From Eledone cirrhosa (taxonomy: Eukaryota), in NCBI GenBank assembly GCA_964016885.1, contig OZ024742.1, forward strand, positions 97,340,001 to 97,404,000: DNA of 64,000 nucleotides. Direction: 5' to 3'. The notes beneath the pieces are model-generated. The model saw only the letters and a list, made by a program, of their open reading frames with translations. It was not told the origin of the DNA and did no database searches. Made by a program: the position numbers and the translations under genes. Below, in pieces: positions 1-11,999 of the stretch. Within the stretch, counting starts at the first letter, position 1, and each line of letters begins with the position of its first letter.

Positions 1-2129
1 CACATGCACACACACACACACATATATATATATAAGAGAAAATATACACCCATATATATATAAGACGGCATATATATATATATATATATATATAAGTATA
101 TATATATAAGTATATATAGAAAACTTTAATATAATGGTAAAACTGGTGATGATGAGGATGATAGTAGTGGTGGTGATGGTGATGATAATAATTGTGGTGG
201 TGGTGGTGATGGTGATAATTGTGATAGGGGTAATGCTGTTCTGTGATAGAGAGAGTTAGGGGTTTGAGGTGTCTTAGATTGCTAGGAACAAGCTTTAGTT
301 GCTGAATGTTTTCCTATGTTTCCTGCTGTCATATGTGTCAACCAATTCTATAAAACTTTGCTGATAGACAACTCTTCCAGTTGTCATATCGTTCTCACTT
401 TCACATGTCTGAGTCTTTGAGTCCATTAAACTCTTACCATGAAGTCACTAATTATTAGACTGTATTTAGGTGGTACATTCCTCCCCAGTAAAAGGCCTAT
501 AATAATTATTGCTGGTTCCACGATAATATGTACTCAGTACATCCTGTAAAGTGTTGGTGCTAGTACCATGAAAACTATACCCAAAACGCTCTCTAAAATG
601 TTCAGGCTATAGCAATGATAAACTGCACTTGTTACACTTTGCATAATAGTATTGCCCATGCCATGATAAAATGCCCCTGATGCATTCTGTTCTTAGACAT
701 GAAAATGGCCACTCAACTGTAGAAACCAAGCTGAAATATGGAATGTATAAGCTACATATCTCTCTATTTCATCCACTGTTGGACTGTAACAACCCATACT
801 AGTACAGAAAAGAGATGTAAAATGATAATAATGGTAATGATGATGACTATTAGTCCATGGTGGGTATCTGGCTTCTGTTTTCTTTCCAGATTGGTAGCTG
901 ATCAGATGGTTGGACAGTTTCCTAATGTTTGTGATATAAATGCTTCAATCATTTACATTACTAAATGCTAAAAGCTTTCAACACTCCTCATAACATACCC
1001 AGAGTTAATCCGTTGCAAGGCTTGATACCACTACTGAAACCTTGAGTACTTGTGGCACTCAGGGCAGGCAGGTTTTCAGTGAGAAAACCTTCATCCGACT
1101 CACTTGTTTTTAAAATATAAAAAAATATTCAAAAAACGTTTTTCCATATGTCCTAGATAAGGCATCATGGTGTTGCCCGACATATTGATTAGAATCAATA
1201 GTTGTGATAATGTATTTGACTTCATTCATTATTCTGGTAGTCTGCAGTTGAACCTCATAGAAACTGTTTTATCCACCACCAATGATTTTGGGCTTATTCT
1301 GAGTTACCTGTCACTGTTTTGTTATCTATCACTAGTCAAAGTTTAATTATTCTATTGTTCACTGCGACAACGTCAGTTACTTTATTTATTAAACATGTGT
1401 GTATATATATATATATATACACACACACACATGATGGACAGTCCTGTCATATATCAATATATGAAGGTTCAACAGTCTTCTCAGTTTAATTGTTATGATG
1501 ACTAGCAGAAAAACCGCCATGGTTTTCTGCTAGCATGTGTAGTGTGCCTATTGATATTATATGCAAATATATATGCATGTTGATGTGATATGTAAAATGA
1601 AAAGTAAATTGACAATATGTATAGAAATTGAAGAGAGACTGTGTTACACAGTCTTCTGTAATCAGTAAATTAACCCATGATACATTTAAAGAAGAAGATG
1701 TTATATGTAAACTGCATTTCAGCAAAATGTTATGAAACTGAAGAAGGAGAAAATGAGATTAGTGATGGAAATATAAATATTATGATATAATGATGGAAAT
1801 ATGTAAACATTATGGTATAACGAATGCTAACTGACCTACAGTGAAATCTTAGTTTTAAATATATGTTAAATTGAAAAAGGAGAAAAGAAATCGATAAAAG
1901 TATGTTAAAACGAAAAAGAAGAAAATGAGATTTGTGACGGAAATATAAACTTTATGATAGAACGATGCAAATATAGGAATGATTATATATAATGATATAT
2001 AAGCGATGTGATATAGGAATGAAAATATAACATACAGTGAATGGTTATGATGTAACAAATGATAAAAGAAGTCTTGAAATTTGAAAATTTGAAAAGAATT
2101 GAATCATCAAATAAGAAATCCATTATATA

Positions 2130-2509
2130 TAGCTTAGTGGTTAGAGCATTGGGCTTGCAATCGAAAGGTTGTGAGTTCAATTCTCGGACCGGGTGACGTG
2201 TTGTTTCCTTGAGCAAGACACTTTATTTTACATTGCTCCAGTTTACTCAGCTGTAGAAATGAGATAATAGGGACTGGGGTCCCTATCATTCCACTGTAAA
2301 GTGGTTGTGGAGGTGCCATGGCAAAAAAGGACCCAGCCCACACTGTAAAGTGGACGTGTAGGCGCCACGGAAAAAAAAGCACCAACACTCACTGTAAATG
2401 AGGTTGGTGTTAGGAAGGGCATCCAGCTGTAGAAATCAAGCCAGAATCAGTTCCCGTCCCACCCTTGCAAGCAGGGAAAAGTGGGCGTAAAATGAAATGA
2501 TGATGATGA
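2130..2509 (+). mobile_element. tRNA-derived SINE with RTE-LINE-type 3' tail
   Basis: tRNA-like head (A box TAGCTTAGTGG, B box GAGTTCAATTCT), internal ~45-bp tandem units (GGTGCCAYGG..AGCACCCAGC.CACTGTAAA) and tail CCCACCCTTGCAAGCAGGGAAAAG..GTAAAATG(ATG)n. Near-identical copies at 14906, 17560 and 47085. Confidence 0.85.
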
Positions 2510-3154
2510 AGAGCTAAGATATTTAGTAGATAAATTAGATACTATTCATTAATGATTTATTCAAAGTAATCCAACTAATTTAATTAATGTGTTCAGTAAA
2601 AATAACCCTGACACAGTCTCACAGTTCTCCAATCATTATACAGAAGATGTCTTAAATGGTTCTTTAATCCAGCTGTTGATTTACATATCAAGTCGCATTT
2701 AGTGCTGATGACAAGATTTTGAGCAGAGCAGGATGGAATATTTGATTGGATCTTTGTATTAGATCATAGATCATGAAGATGGACAAGAGGAGATTTTTCA
2801 ACGTTCTTTATATATTCATAGAAAATAGCTCTCCATTTTCCACAGTCAACAGCTATTTTTTATGAAGTTGTAGTGCTGTCAGAACATTAAGTAACTTGTA
2901 CATTTAAACCCAGCAGAACCCATCCCATTTTGGGTTTGAACACAGTTGATATCTGTGTGTGTGAGAGAGAGAGAGAGAGTGTGTGCGTGTGGGGGGGGGG
3001 GGGGGGTAAAGAGAGATAGAGAGGGAGAGAAAGAGAGAGAGAGGAAGAAAGAGAGAGAGAGAGATAGAGTAAAACCCTGTATGTGACTGCTACTTTATTT
3101 ATTCACATTGAAAGGATGAAAGGCAAAGTATATATACACAGGTGCACATACACT

Positions 3155-3371
3155 CATCATCATCATCATCAGCAGCATTTTACGTCCGCTCTTCCCTGCT
3201 TGCAAGGGTGGGATGCGCCTTATTCAGCACAGCATCTCTCCATTTGTCACGGTCCTTCGTCATCTCCACCGTGAGCTTCAGCGATCTTAGGTCTATTCTC
3301 ACCACCTCCGCCCATGTTTTTCGTGGTCTACCTCTACCACGTCTTCCTTCAACTGGCATTTCCTGGTACTC
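3155..3371 (-). mobile_element. 5'-truncated RTE LINE 3' end (family A)
   Basis: Translation VEGRRGRGRPRKTWAEVVRIDL...DRDKWR is the conserved RTE C-terminus. It ends in an (ATG)n tail and its 5' end abuts (TA)n. Confidence 0.85.
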
Positions 3372-3671
3372 ATATATATATATATACACACATTTATATA
3401 TACTTATATATACTTATATCATAATCTTTAAATTAGTTAAATAATTAATTGATCAATGACGAAGCTGAGATACATCAAAGAATATATTTGAATATATTTC
3501 TAAAATTAAGGAGACAGCACATATTTGTTATTTATCATTAATTAATTAATATTTATCATTATCATAATTATTACTATTTTTATGATCATAATTATTATCA
3601 TTATTATCATACCATTAATGTACTGGGTAATTGCTGGCCTTGTGCCTAACGTAAAAACAATTATTATCATT

Positions 3672-3739
3672 TGACCCTCCCAAAGTATAACAATATCGGT
3701 TTCAATGACCCTCCCAAAGTATAACAATATCGGTTTCAA
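3672..3739. repeat. Exact 34-bp tandem duplication
   Basis: TGACCCTCCCAAAGTATAACAATATCGGTTTCAA x2, lying between two SINE-tail fragments (CTGGCCTTGTGCC..AGTA.AAACAATTATT). Confidence 0.9.
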
Positions 3740-4111
3740 CACACGATTTCAGATAAAGAATCTTGCTAAACAAATTCAGAAACGAATTATTATCATTATT
3801 ATCATTATAAAATAAAGTACCAGTAATGTATTGGTTAATTGCTGGCCTTGTGCCAAAAGTAGAAACAATTATTATCATTTTACTTATTATTATTATTGTT
3901 GTTGTTGTTGTTGTTGTATCTCATTGTGTAATCATTCTCTTTATATGTATATTTATCAGCAATTAGTTTAAAATTATGCAAATGAGTTCTTTGATCAAAG
4001 CTTACTTAATCTTCAATTAGTTAATGTTGTAGAAAAGTTTGCAGTATCAAGAAAAGCAACAACAAAGAATAACAAGAACAACAACAACAAAGGATTATAA
4101 GAATAACATCA

Positions 4112-4779
4112 ACACTCATCCTCTCAAGGAAGCCTGCACAGTGCACTCAATTACAAAAGAAGGTAGAGAAGTTCAAGTATCTAGAGAGCTGTGTTCATGA
4201 ATGATGAAATACAGGAGGCTGAATTAAGTACCAGAATTGCAGGAGCTGGTGCAGTAATGCACCAACTTCAGCATTTGGTATCCATGCCAACCCTATGGTC
4301 ATGAATCTCAGGCAATGACACAAAGAATATGATCTCAAATACAAGTGGCTGAAATGGGGTTCCTCTAAAGGGCCTTTTGGAGTAATGTTACTCAATAGAG
4401 CTCAGCTCAGGGATCAAAGAACCCTGAGAATCACTATTTCTCTGAATTGCGAAATCACAAGTCTGATATTATGAGTATGTTGTTAAAAATTCTCTTAAAG
4501 GTAACACTAGACAGATTTTACTGGCAAAACCAACTAGCAGGAGCCCCAGGGGTAGACCCCAAGCAAGATGGTTGAATAACATCGATGAGCTTGACTGGTC
4601 TCATTTGGAGATCCAGCCAAATCAAATGTAGATAGTTGCATCAGACAGAACACATTGGAAGGGGTGTTTGATGACTCTGTCCCCACAACCCTCTCAGGAA
4701 TAAGTGGGTGAAGGAGGAGGAGAAGAGGATGAAGAGGAGGAGGGGGAGGAGGAGAAGAAGAAGAAGAAGAAGAAGAAGA
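4112..4779 (+). mobile_element. Degenerate RTE-like LINE 3' fragment (family C, GAA tail)
   Basis: KVEKFKYL motif and GRP..RW remnant. Homologous to the minus-strand copy at 22460-23490. Ends in (GAA)n. Confidence 0.7.
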
Positions 4780-5049
4780 TCAACAAAATCGTTCTAAAGT
4801 TTCCTCGGCTGATATGTTTTCTATAACAATGTATCTATATCTATCTGATAACTGGAACTATATCTATCAGATACTGGTAAAAAAAATCTGTTTTCTGTAA
4901 CTACTACTCTGTGATTTCTGTTGCTATATTTCTTTGTTACCTATAGCTGTATCTATATGTTACCTGTGGTTTTATCTATCTGTTATTTGTGGCTATAATT
5001 TTTATCTATAGCCATATCTATTTTTCAGCATTGTCTATATCTATCTCTT

Positions 5050-5210
5050 AAGGTGGTAATTTGGCAGAGTTATTAAAATACTGGATCGAATGCTTTGTAG
5101 TATACATTTCTGTTCTCTGCACTCAGGATTCATATCTCGCCAAAGTCAATGTTGCCTTTTTTCTTTTCTAGTTTGATAAAAAAAATGTACCAGTCAAGTG
5201 TCTGGGTCTA
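5050..5210 (+). mobile_element. Degenerate SINE (second family)
   Basis: TTGGCAGA head and GTCAA..TTGCCTTT..GATAAA..GTACCAGTCAAGT core, shared with the copies at 8789, 51845 and 61685. Confidence 0.55.
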
Positions 5211-5334
5211 TTCTCTTTCTACATCTCTTTCTCACCTCTTCTCTTTCACTCTCTCTTTCCTTCTCTGGGAGAAATCTGCTGCTTTTATACCAGGAGCTGG
5301 AATGGACTTCAGGTTTAAAATGCCCAAGACATGT

Positions 5335-5918
5335 AAACATGACCTGGGCATTACTATCAGTAGCGATTTGCATTGGACAAAGCACATCTCTAAAATTGTC
5401 AAGAAGACTGAGGGTGTCTTGGCATCACTCAGTAAGATGTTTGTCAGCTGCTCTCCAGCTATCTATTTAAAGCTGTATATAGCCATGGTGCAGCCACACT
5501 TAGAATTTGCATCACCAGTCTGGAACCTCTATCTTGCTCAGGACATTGACCTCCTCGAAACTGTTCAGGGACGTGAAACCAAGCGAGTACCCTCCATCAG
5601 GCATCTACCATACTCTGATCACCTTACTTCCCTGGGATACATTGAAGCTCTGACGTCTGGCAACTGACTTGGTAAACTGAAGCATGGAACAGACTACTTG
5701 CATTAGTTGTTAGATGCTGAGACACTGCATCCTTTAAAATCTCAAATGTTTCCTGAAATTCGCCAACACTACACCTGATATCCCCTCTCCATACACACTT
5801 GTATATCATGACTCATACACTGTTCACATTTCTGACATTTGTACATTATTCTATGCACTATATATGCATCTTTGATGAGTTGTAGTGCACCTGAGCACTG
5901 TACACAATAATTTCATTA
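5335..5918 (+). mobile_element. CR1/L2-group LINE ORF2 C-terminal fragment
   Basis: DLGITISSDLHWTKHI...LYIAMVQPHLEFASPVWN...DIDLLETVQ.R.TK matches the CR1-type thumb/C-terminal consensus (RP.LEY...VW.P...LE.VQRR.TK). Confidence 0.85.
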
Positions 5919-8229
5919 TGTAACTACCCTACAACTCCATCAGTGCAGAGGAACAATAAACATTGCAGAGCTCCACTATGGCCACTACCAGAATAAGTAG
6001 GTCAACAGGTGTACAGAAATGGACTGGATAATGGGGAGAGTGGAACATGTCCAGGCTGTCACACTGCATCAGTGTATGTCAGAGCATCCAGTATTGTCCA
6101 CAATTAGAAAGAGACATGGTATAACTAAGAAGGTGGGTTAGTGGGCCACACCTCATCATTCAGAGTTGTCTACATTTTATGCCATAGGACTGCATATTGA
6201 GTGTTGAATTGAGACTACACAACACCAACATCACTACCATCATCATCTTCTCCATCACAATCTTAATAATATCATCACTACTATCAACATAGCCATTATC
6301 ACCACCATCAACTTGATTGCCATCCTCACCACCAACACCATAGTCATCACCATCACCCCCACACTATCACTATACACCCTTATCTATTGCTAACGGCAAC
6401 CATCATCAAATTTAAACGTTTCTCACATTTTCTGTACTCAAATTCTCTTTTAATTTTTTTCTTTCTCCCCACATTTTATCATTTGTCGGCTCATTTTTGA
6501 AAAATGTCTGGAATGTCATTTGTAATTTGTTAGTGAATCAATCAGAGTAAACTCTCCTTTACAGCCTTCTCTTCATTCTCATAGCCCCCTCTCTCTTCTT
6601 CACATATCCCAGCACCTCCCCTTTCCACACTGTATCTCCCCTCTTTCACGACCCTCTCCGCTTCCTTAGAGCAGTGCCCACCCGACCAGCCTTCTGACCA
6701 TCCTCACCTGCCATTTACTTAAATCACTCATTTTTTGTGTTAAATTCTTCCAATCTTTTTTTCTCAATGTTATTTGATTTTTTTCAGTGAGAAAAGATTA
6801 AAACATTTAAGAAAATATATTTATTATATATATATATACACTGTATTTCATACATATACATATACATACCCACATGTTACTTAACACATATATTCACACA
6901 CTCTTAGTTCACACATAAACACAATTTACTTCATACAAGCACACATACAGACAGGCATATATATACATGGCATACATACATATATACCTTACATACATAC
7001 ATGCATGCATACATACACATATATACAGATACAAACATATGCATACCTACATACATCAATATATATTTTATACATGTGTATTCATAGATATAGACATACA
7101 TACAATCGTACATATGCACATACACAATGACATGTGCATATTATTTAAACACATACATATGTAAATGTGTTCTTCATACACTTACATACATACAAACATT
7201 TGCACATACATATATGCACACATGCATATGTACATACACAAAGACATATGCTCAACTTCTTAAACACACATCCATACATATATAAATTCACTCTTCACAT
7301 AATCACATACTGACAAATATACTGACATATACATACACATATATGCACATTCTTCAAAAACTTTCACGTATAGAGCTACTTCACACACATAAACACACAA
7401 ACAAAACTGTTACATACACATAAACATATATTTCCAAGCTGATGATGCTGAAAGTGAAGATTCTCCATTTTTTATGTTGGCAAGATGAAAATTCTGGGTG
7501 TAATTTAACAAGTAATCAAACTAATGTAGTTTACTTTTAATATTCTCTTCTTTTACTGATTCATTCCATTGCTGGGGAGTTCTTGGTTCAAATTTCGGGT
7601 CGATGAAATAAATGTTAATAAAAAATGAAAGGAAATTTACAGCTCATACTTATGCAGCTTTAGCAGGCCTCCTTTGATGCTGCATTTGATATGAGGTTTT
7701 CTCAGGTGTTTTAATGATAAGGGGCTTATTTCTATCATATGTGTGCTGTTAGAGCTCATACCTATGCAGCTTTACTTAGCGTTCTACATGGCTGCCTCTC
7801 ATAGGAGGGTTCTTAGAGGTTTTAATGATAAGGGTGGGAGTCCTATCATACATAAAAGTTGTTGTTACAGGTCACACCTGTATAGCTTTTCTTAGCCTCC
7901 TACGAGATTGTACCACAAAGATTTTTGTGAATATTTTAATAATAGGGTACACAGTCTTAGCCTGAAAAGCAATGTGTAGAACACAATGCACTGCCCAGTC
8001 TAGGAATATAACTAATGATTGTGAACCCAACACACTAACACCTATGCCATATGCTTTCATTGTTCAATAAAATGATTGCCAGTAAGACACAAATTGCTGC
8101 AATTTTTTTATCTGTGAACTATTTTCATGTTTCCTTTGCATGAGATTTAGTATGTGAGGTACTTCATTAACAATAAGAGGAGGTGGGTGGGTGTATAAAC
8201 TGGGTTAAAGCAGCAAAGGCTGAGGATGA

Positions 8230-8738
8230 TCCGATGCCATAGTTTAGGGAGTTGCTTCCTCTGTTGACAACAAAGAGTTTCTCCTACAAACGAAAGGCTG
8301 GTTGTATGATATCTGTGTGTGATACGTGATGCTGCATGGCAGTGCGACATGGGCAACAACTGTGGAGGATATGTGAAGGTTGGAGAGAAATGAAACAAGA
8401 TGTGCAATACCAAGTGCATGAACGGTTAAGTTGAGTGAGAAACTGTGTATAAGAAGAATAAGCTGTAGTGTGAATCAGAGAAGACTATATTGTTATAGTC
8501 ATGTGATATGCATGAATGATTATTGCTGGGTGAAGAAGTGCCATGTAATTCCAGTGGAAGGCAAATGCAGTAGAGGAAGAGCATGGAAAATATGGGGGAG
8601 GAGGATGTGTTGAGAGCTGACCTCAGATTACTGAAGCTTACAGAGGAGATGACGAAATCCTTGAGGAATGGAGAGATGTTATGCTGAAGAGGACACATCC
8701 CACCCTTGTAAGCAGGGAAAAGAGGACGCAAAATGATG
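8230..8738 (+). mobile_element. Degenerate RTE LINE 3' fragment (family A)
   Basis: Frameshifted RLYD.CV...LHG.ETW, RRL.W..HV and VEG...RGR remnants. Same CCCACCCTTG.AAGCAGGGAAAAG.GGACG tail as 3155-3371. Confidence 0.75.
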
Positions 8739-8788
8739 TTATATATATATACATATATATATATATGTATGTATATATATAGAGAGAG

Positions 8789-8962
8789 ATTGGCAGTATC
8801 GGTAGAGGGTCGGACACTAAGCATAGAGTTACGGCCCTTGCCATTCTGAGTTCAAATCCCGCCGAGGTTAACTTTGCCTTTCATCCTTACGAGGTCGATT
8901 AAATAAAGTTCCAGTAATACATTGGGATAATTGCTGGCCTTGTGCCAAAAGTAGAAACAATT
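8789..8962 (+). mobile_element. SINE, second family (central domain resembling Meta/Sauria-type SINE cores)
   Basis: B box GAGTTCAAATCCC, core ACTTTGCCTTTCATCCTT.CGAGGTCGAT.AAATAAAGT.CCAGT and tail CTGGCCTTGTGCCAAAAGTAGAAACAATTAT. Many degenerate copies in the window. The superfamily name is from memory and tentative. Confidence 0.7.
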
Positions 8963-8963
8963 A

Positions 8964-8994
<31 letters not shown>

Positions 8995-9019
8995 TTATAT
9001 ATATACATGTATATATATA

Positions 9020-11410
9020 GATGCTGACTTTGAGTCCCAGGCCCTTTCCCTAGTCAGCCATTTCATCCGCAGAGGTTACCCCATTCCCTCGTCCACACCG
9101 CCCTCACTCGTGCCCGTGCTGTCCACCACTCCACCACCCTCACCCCATGTCACCACACACCTACTCATCGTCTCCCCTTCCCCATCACCTACCACCCCTC
9201 CACTCTACCCCTCCACTGCACCATCCTCCGCCTCTTCCGACGCCCCCAGTCCGAACCCTCCACCTCCCACATCTTCCCATCCACACCACTCCCCTCCTTC
9301 AAATGCGCACGCAATCTCCGCACCCTCCTCGTCCGCAGCTCCTTACCCCCCAACCCACGCTCTCTTTCCCCCCGGTGCACTTCCCTGTTCCAGGCCTCGT
9401 TGCAACACCTGTCTCCACCTCACCAACACCACCACCTTCCAGGGTCCCAACGGCCACTCTCTCTCTGTCCGGCACACCTTCTGCTGCACCTCCTCCAACC
9501 TAGTCTATGGACTTCGCTGCACGGAGTGTAGCGCAACCTACGTCGGACAGACTGGACGTCGCTATGCGGACCGTTTCACCGAATACCTCCGGAATATTCG
9601 TCTCGGCGGGAGTTCCCCCATTACCCGCCACTTTGGCTCCCCTGGACATTCCGCGCACCACCTCACAGTCTGTGGCCTACTCCAATGCCACGGAACACCC
9701 GCCACCCTCCTCAGGGTCGAACAACACACCATCTTTACCCTATAGACCCACACTCCCCCCGGCCTTAACTCCCCACCCCTATTCCTTTAGCCTTCGACCG
9801 CCCTGTCCCCCCCCCCACACACACATATCCCCCACTAACACCACTAACACACTCCTCCTTTTCACCGCCCACCCCACAACTAACAATACTAACACCCCAC
9901 CCTCCCCAACTAACAATACTAACATCTCCCCCCCATTGCCCCATTCCCCCTTTCCCCTATCACGCACACACACACCGGTACATATATACACGCACTCACA
10001 CTATCCACACACCCTACTACCACCACTAACCCTCAGCCACACATCCACTCCCACCACCCCACAACTAATACCACTAACATCCCCCCGACCCCACACACAC
10101 GAACACAAACACCCACCCACACCCACTTACACCATCCACTCTGCACACCCTACCACCACTGACCCCCACTAACACACCCGCATTCAACCCTTTCCCTACC
10201 ACCAGTATACTAACACCCACTAACAGCCCCTTCAGCACACACACGCTCATCCAAACACGCACATACACACCAGTACACTACACTCCCTCCAACGTCCCCC
10301 ACAACTTTCTCTCCCTCTCCCTGCTCCACCCATACCCATTCACACACACACACACATCCCACTAACACCTCTACTAATACACACCCCTCACCCCGCACAA
10401 CCCCTCCACACTCCACCTTTCACACCTACCCATCCTCTCCCCTGTCCACCGAACCTCCGCACACACTGACACACTGACTTTCTCCACCTGCTATTCTCTA
10501 CTGCTGCCATGCCTTGACCCTCTGACCACTTCTCCGCACACACAGACACACAACCCTCTCCACCTGTCATTCTCCTCTACCCTCCTCCTGCTTTGACCCT
10601 CTGACCACTTCCTGTTCCGCGCGCACCCGACATCTCCCCTCTTCCGACCATCCCAACCATGGATTACACACATTAGCCATCGTTCCCACCAATCAACTCC
10701 ATCACAAGGAAAATATCCGGCAACTCACCCACCCTCTACGGAACTACCTTAGGAACTTACCCACGGACATACTCTCACAAACATTTTTTTCCCACACGCC
10801 ACCTACTCCACAATACGAATAAACACCACACACACGTGCGTACCCCCACATATTTACACACTCAGCCTCCGGAATCTTTTCCCCCTCCCCATCCACACGC
10901 GCACACACACACCGACCTACACCCCACCCCACACATACACCGACCTACACCCCACCCCACACACACACCTTTTCCTGAACCTCGTTCCTCCCCCAACTCT
11001 CACATTCACATACACACACACACACACACGTACACCTACACACATACACCACCTTCAGCCCTCCCAGCTCGGAAACCCCGCCTCCCTCTCCCACTCCACC
11101 CGCCACCACCCCTACACGCCCCACACTTTTCCACCACTTGTTTATCTTCATGTTTATTTTTTTTTTTAAATATTTATTTTTATTTGTATCCCTTACACCG
11201 TTTTTCCTCCGTCCCCCCCCCCCCTCTTTTCTAAATGTCTCTCCCCCACTCCCCTACACACCCTTAGAACTCTCTTCCCACACACTTTTCGCCTGAAGAA
11301 GGGCTTATGCCCGAAACGCCCCCCCCCCACTCTCAAGAGCGTGAAACTAATAAACCTTTGTTCGTAATGCCTCTCTGTTTTGTTCCCGTTCCATTTTTCA
11401 CTATATATTT
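9020..11410 (+). mobile_element. 5'-truncated Penelope-like element, Neptune-like
   Basis: RT thumb remnant (FIRRGYP), Cys linker CSRPRCNTC, and GIY-YIG endonuclease (NLVYGLRCTECSATYVGQTGRR..DRF.E), frameshifted, stop at 9745. Followed by a ~1.5-kb C/A-rich 3' UTR, a hammerhead core at 11293 and AATAAA at 11349. Both ends lie in TA runs. Confidence 0.9.
11293..11320 (+). ncRNA. Hammerhead ribozyme core, stem I/III degenerate
   Basis: CTGAAGA-A-GGGC-TTAT-GCCC-GAAA-CG. The expected UH cleavage site and stem I 3' strand are replaced by a poly-C run. Confidence 0.7.
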
Positions 11411-11420
11411 ATATATATAT

Positions 11421-11768
11421 CATCATCATCATCATCATCATCAACGTTTAACGTCCGTGTTCCACGCTTGCATGGGTTTGGACGGGGGTTTTCCCACTTG
11501 GGCAAGAGTGATTGTCTTGCTCGCATAGGACTGTCTGGCAGGTTTTCTACAGTTGGATGCCCTTCCTAACACCAACCACATTTACAGTGTGGGTCTGGGG
11601 GGTTTTTACCGTGTTGCCTACACGGCCACATTACAGCGTGGACTGTGTGTTTTTTTGTCGTGACACCTACACGATCTCATTTGTTTCGGCCTGGATGGTG
11701 TGGCACCAACATAACTTTACATAGAAGGGGGCGGTGTGGATGGGGGGGGGGACGTGGGGTGTATTTTG

Positions 11769-11771
<3 letters not shown>
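11421..11771 (-). mobile_element. Solo 3' UTR of RTE LINE family B
   Basis: Colinear with the 3' UTR at 26908-27263. Has an (ATG)n tail and is flanked by TA runs. Confidence 0.85.
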
Positions 11772-11805
<34 letters not shown>

Positions 11806-11928
11806 GGAGGTGAATTTTATTGTAGTACAATAAAGCAATGCAGATATCGGATAAGAAGCACTCTACAGTTTGTAGGACTGGAGTATACATAATATATAAG
11901 ATCAAAAGATGGTTAAAAGAGTTCCATG

Positions 11929-11999
11929 TATTTTATTATGCGCATTTCAAAAACAAATATTATCATGCAATAACATTTGTGTTTTCATCAGATAAAATA
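11929..11999 (-). ncRNA. Type I hammerhead ribozyme (inverted pLTR copy)
   Basis: Reverse complement of the motif at 14545-14615, with all core nucleotides intact. Confidence 0.85.

Noticed and set aside
2130-2195. tRNA gene (also at 47085 and about 15320)
   Set aside because: The A and B boxes continue into a SINE body and tail, with no complete acceptor stem or poly-T terminator.
9147-11234. Pro/Thr/His-rich extensin- or mucin-like ORFs
   Set aside because: Alternative frames and UTR of the C/A-skewed Neptune-like PLE, where stop codons are scarce by composition.
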